Positions 61,500 to 64,000 of a stretch of DNA of 64,000 bases are shown here, piece after piece. A program made the translations under genes and the position numbers. The DNA is from Raillietiella orientalis (lineage: Eukaryota). The notes below the pieces were generated by a model, which saw only the letters and a program-made list of their open reading frames with translations, was not told the DNA's origin and made no database searches. Position 1 is the first letter of the stretch. Every line of letters begins with the position of its first letter. The stretch is from assembly GCA_036172245.1 (NCBI GenBank), contig JAYWIR010000010.1:558001-622000 (forward strand). The letters run 5' to 3'.

Positions 61500-63020
61500 G
61501 AAAGGGTCATCATCTCCTTTCGTTGTCCCGTTCCTTGGTTTGGAGGAGACTCCACCTCCCCATGTTGAGTGAGCGGAGGGATGGGAGGAAGGAAGGGGGA
61601 GGAGGTCTTCGTCACCACCTTCCTCTCCCGCCCCGTCTTGTCGTCCCATCCTCGTCCTGAGGTGGTCGCGCCGCTTCCTCTGCCCGCATCCGCACCGGTC
61701 GGTTCCACTCCACCTCGTCGGGCATCGACGTCCCGGATCCCTTCGTCGGGAGCGCGTCCCGATCCTCCGCGGAGGCGGCGGCGGCCATGTTGGATGCGTC
61801 CTCCGGGGCAGCCTGCAAGACACCTCATTGGTCCACGGCCCTCGTTCCGTGTGCCCCCCGTCCGATGGCTCTCTGACGGCCGCCCCCCTTACGCATCCAT
61901 GGCCGCAACGTCTTTGCGTTCCACCCGCCTCCTCCCCTCCCGGAGCCTTTCCGGACCCGCGCGGGGGTGTCATCCCTCCCCGGAGATGAACCTCTGCTCG
62001 CAGCTTCCTCCCTCTGCTGTCTCCAGTGGGCGACGCGGTGCCCCCCCCCCCCCCCCCAGTGCAAACCGGGAGTGCCGCAAGCGGGGAGTTGGCGTGCACC
62101 TGGCACCCCTGCGTGCAACCGCGGTGGCGTGGCGTTTCCCCCGGTGACTTGCAGTCTGTCTCCAGAGGGCGCTCGACCCCACCGCGTGGTTCTCCCAACC
62201 CCCCTTCCTTCCTGCGTGCTCTCGAAGACGGCGGCTCTCGGCTTGCTGGTTTCTGCGGGCTTTCCGGAGGACCGCATCCTCCTCAGCCCAGACCGAACCT
62301 TCTCCCGTCTTCCAGCGGGAAAGAATCTGGAAGGTAGCGGCGGTCCATCCAGTCACGGCTGGCCTCTCCTCCCGGCATTCGCGCTGACGCTGCAGCGCGA
62401 GGTCATCCTCTACCTCTTCCTGGTCAAGAGCGAACGGGCGCGGTCCACGGAAGCACCGGATCCAGGCTTCCGGGCTCCGGGCGCGCGTGACGCCCCTTTC
62501 GAGGAGCTTCGCGGCGGGCGGCTCCCTGCCCGTTAATGGGCGCATGGCCTCGGGTGTGGGCGGAGGTTTAGTTTTCGCTCAGTGTGCGCTGCGGGCCTCC
62601 CGTGCGTCCGACTTGACTCTCTTCCAGGCCATTCCCGGGGCGGGGTGCGGGTCCTCGCCCCGACGAGGGGCCTCTGCTCACCCGCGACCACCCGCGTTGT
62701 CCTTGCGCGACTGCCCGCGCCCCAGGGCGGATGGTGGCCACTCCAGCTCTCCGCTTGGGCGACGAACGCGAAACTCATCCGCCGCGAGTCATCATCGATT
62801 GTTGCCCTCGATTGGCACTCCTCTTCGCGGGCACGCCTAGCGACCGCTCTCCTTGCTCCCTTCCGGAATCGGGGCTGCTGCTGCTTCTCCATAGCGACCT
62901 GCACGCACGGGTCTCCTGCTCCCTCCTTTCTCCCAGGAGCTCTCGCGCGCCTGGGGCGGGACGCACCTCGCCGCCCCGGAGTCTTCGGGAAGGTTCCGGG
63001 AAGGGTCGATTGCTTCGGCA
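61500..63020 (-). mobile_element. Possible highly degenerate LINE (endonuclease/linker) fragment
   Basis: EQETRACRSLW...SLGV resembles the APE QET...W...GV spacing; weak, from pattern recognition only. Confidence 0.3.
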
Positions 63021-64000
63021 AGGCGTGCCCTTGAGGGAGCTTGTCGAAATCCAGCTCCCTCCCCTACCTTCCCGCGGACGCGCGCCGGCGAAGTTCTGAA
63101 CGCTCGGGAACGCACGCGTGCGCCGTCCGCGCGGCTCTTCGCCTGTCGTGCCTTCGTCGTCGCCGCTGCGCATGCGCGCGGAGATTCGGTCTGTGCCCGG
63201 GTCTCGCTCGGCACTCGAAGGCCGTGCGTTACGCGAGGAGCAGCACCTTCAGGGACTCCAGAGAGAGGGTGCGAAAGGAAACAGACACACCCACGTTCAT
63301 AAAGATATTCGACATCATTTTTATCAGGCTGCTGGCGTGTCATCAGGGCAACGTTCTCTGGCTGCGGCAGCCTTTCTGTGGACAATTTTCCCAGCCTCCC
63401 CGGGCGTCATGTGCTGTTCCTTTCACCGAGGTCACTTCTCGCTCCCCTATCCCCCCCCCCCCGTCCCTCCGGAGGGCCGTGAGCGCGCGCGTGCTGCACG
63501 GTCGGCGTGATCCGACGATGGCATTCCGCGCTGGACACGACACGCTCGGACTGCGCACCTCTGCCCACCCGCCCTCGGTGCTTGCAGACAGGGTGAGGGA
63601 GCGCTCGCCTTCGACGCGGCGCCCTAACTCTTGGGCTCCGGGGCTTCTTGTGCCTTCGCCCCTGAAATCTTCGCCGCTCCCTCGCGTCCCCGCCCGCAGG
63701 GTGAAAGCGCCCTTGGTTCCATGGCAACCCTCTCGGCGAAGGTTTCGAAGAATCCCTTCACGCAGGACCGCCGCTCGCGGACGCCAGGTGCTGGGGAATT
63801 GCAATTTCGCGGTCGTCCCCCCCCCCCTTTTCCCCCACAAGGAACCGTGTTGTTTCACCTTGCCACCAGAGTGCAGCCTCGTCTCTGACTACCCCCCCTC
63901 CTTGTTTTTTTTTTTTTTTCCAGCCAAACCTCATCGCATTTTTTCTCTCCTTTTTCGCAAACAAAGAAAAAACAATTAAAAAGGTGTGCACTGTTGTTGT

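Overview
Eukaryotic (invertebrate animal) nuclear DNA in two parts. (1) About 1-29 kb is a very GC/CpG-rich domain dense in microsatellites and homopolymers. It holds one intact + strand gene, a ZMIZ1/tonalli-family SP-RING (MIZ) zinc-finger co-activator. I reconstruct 14 coding exons (7754-26240, 991 aa, all GT-AG, phase-consistent), with upstream UTR exon(s), uORFs and an AT-rich 3' UTR. (2) About 30-64 kb is a decay zone. It has about six degenerate 3' fragments of one L1/Tx1-like non-LTR retrotransposon family and three copies of a tRNA-headed repeat physically linked to those LINE parts. A mitochondrial nad4 insertion (NUMT) sits inside one LINE copy, next to a duplicated hairpin. There is also a formin (FMNL-type) pseudogene and several weaker gene relics. 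The ~57-63 nt short introns, invertebrate mitochondrial code and G/T-rich nad4 are compatible with a clade I nematode or similar invertebrate (inference only). Most long six-frame ORFs are artefacts of GC-rich low-complexity DNA. Repeat and pseudogene boundaries are approximate because they were read by eye.
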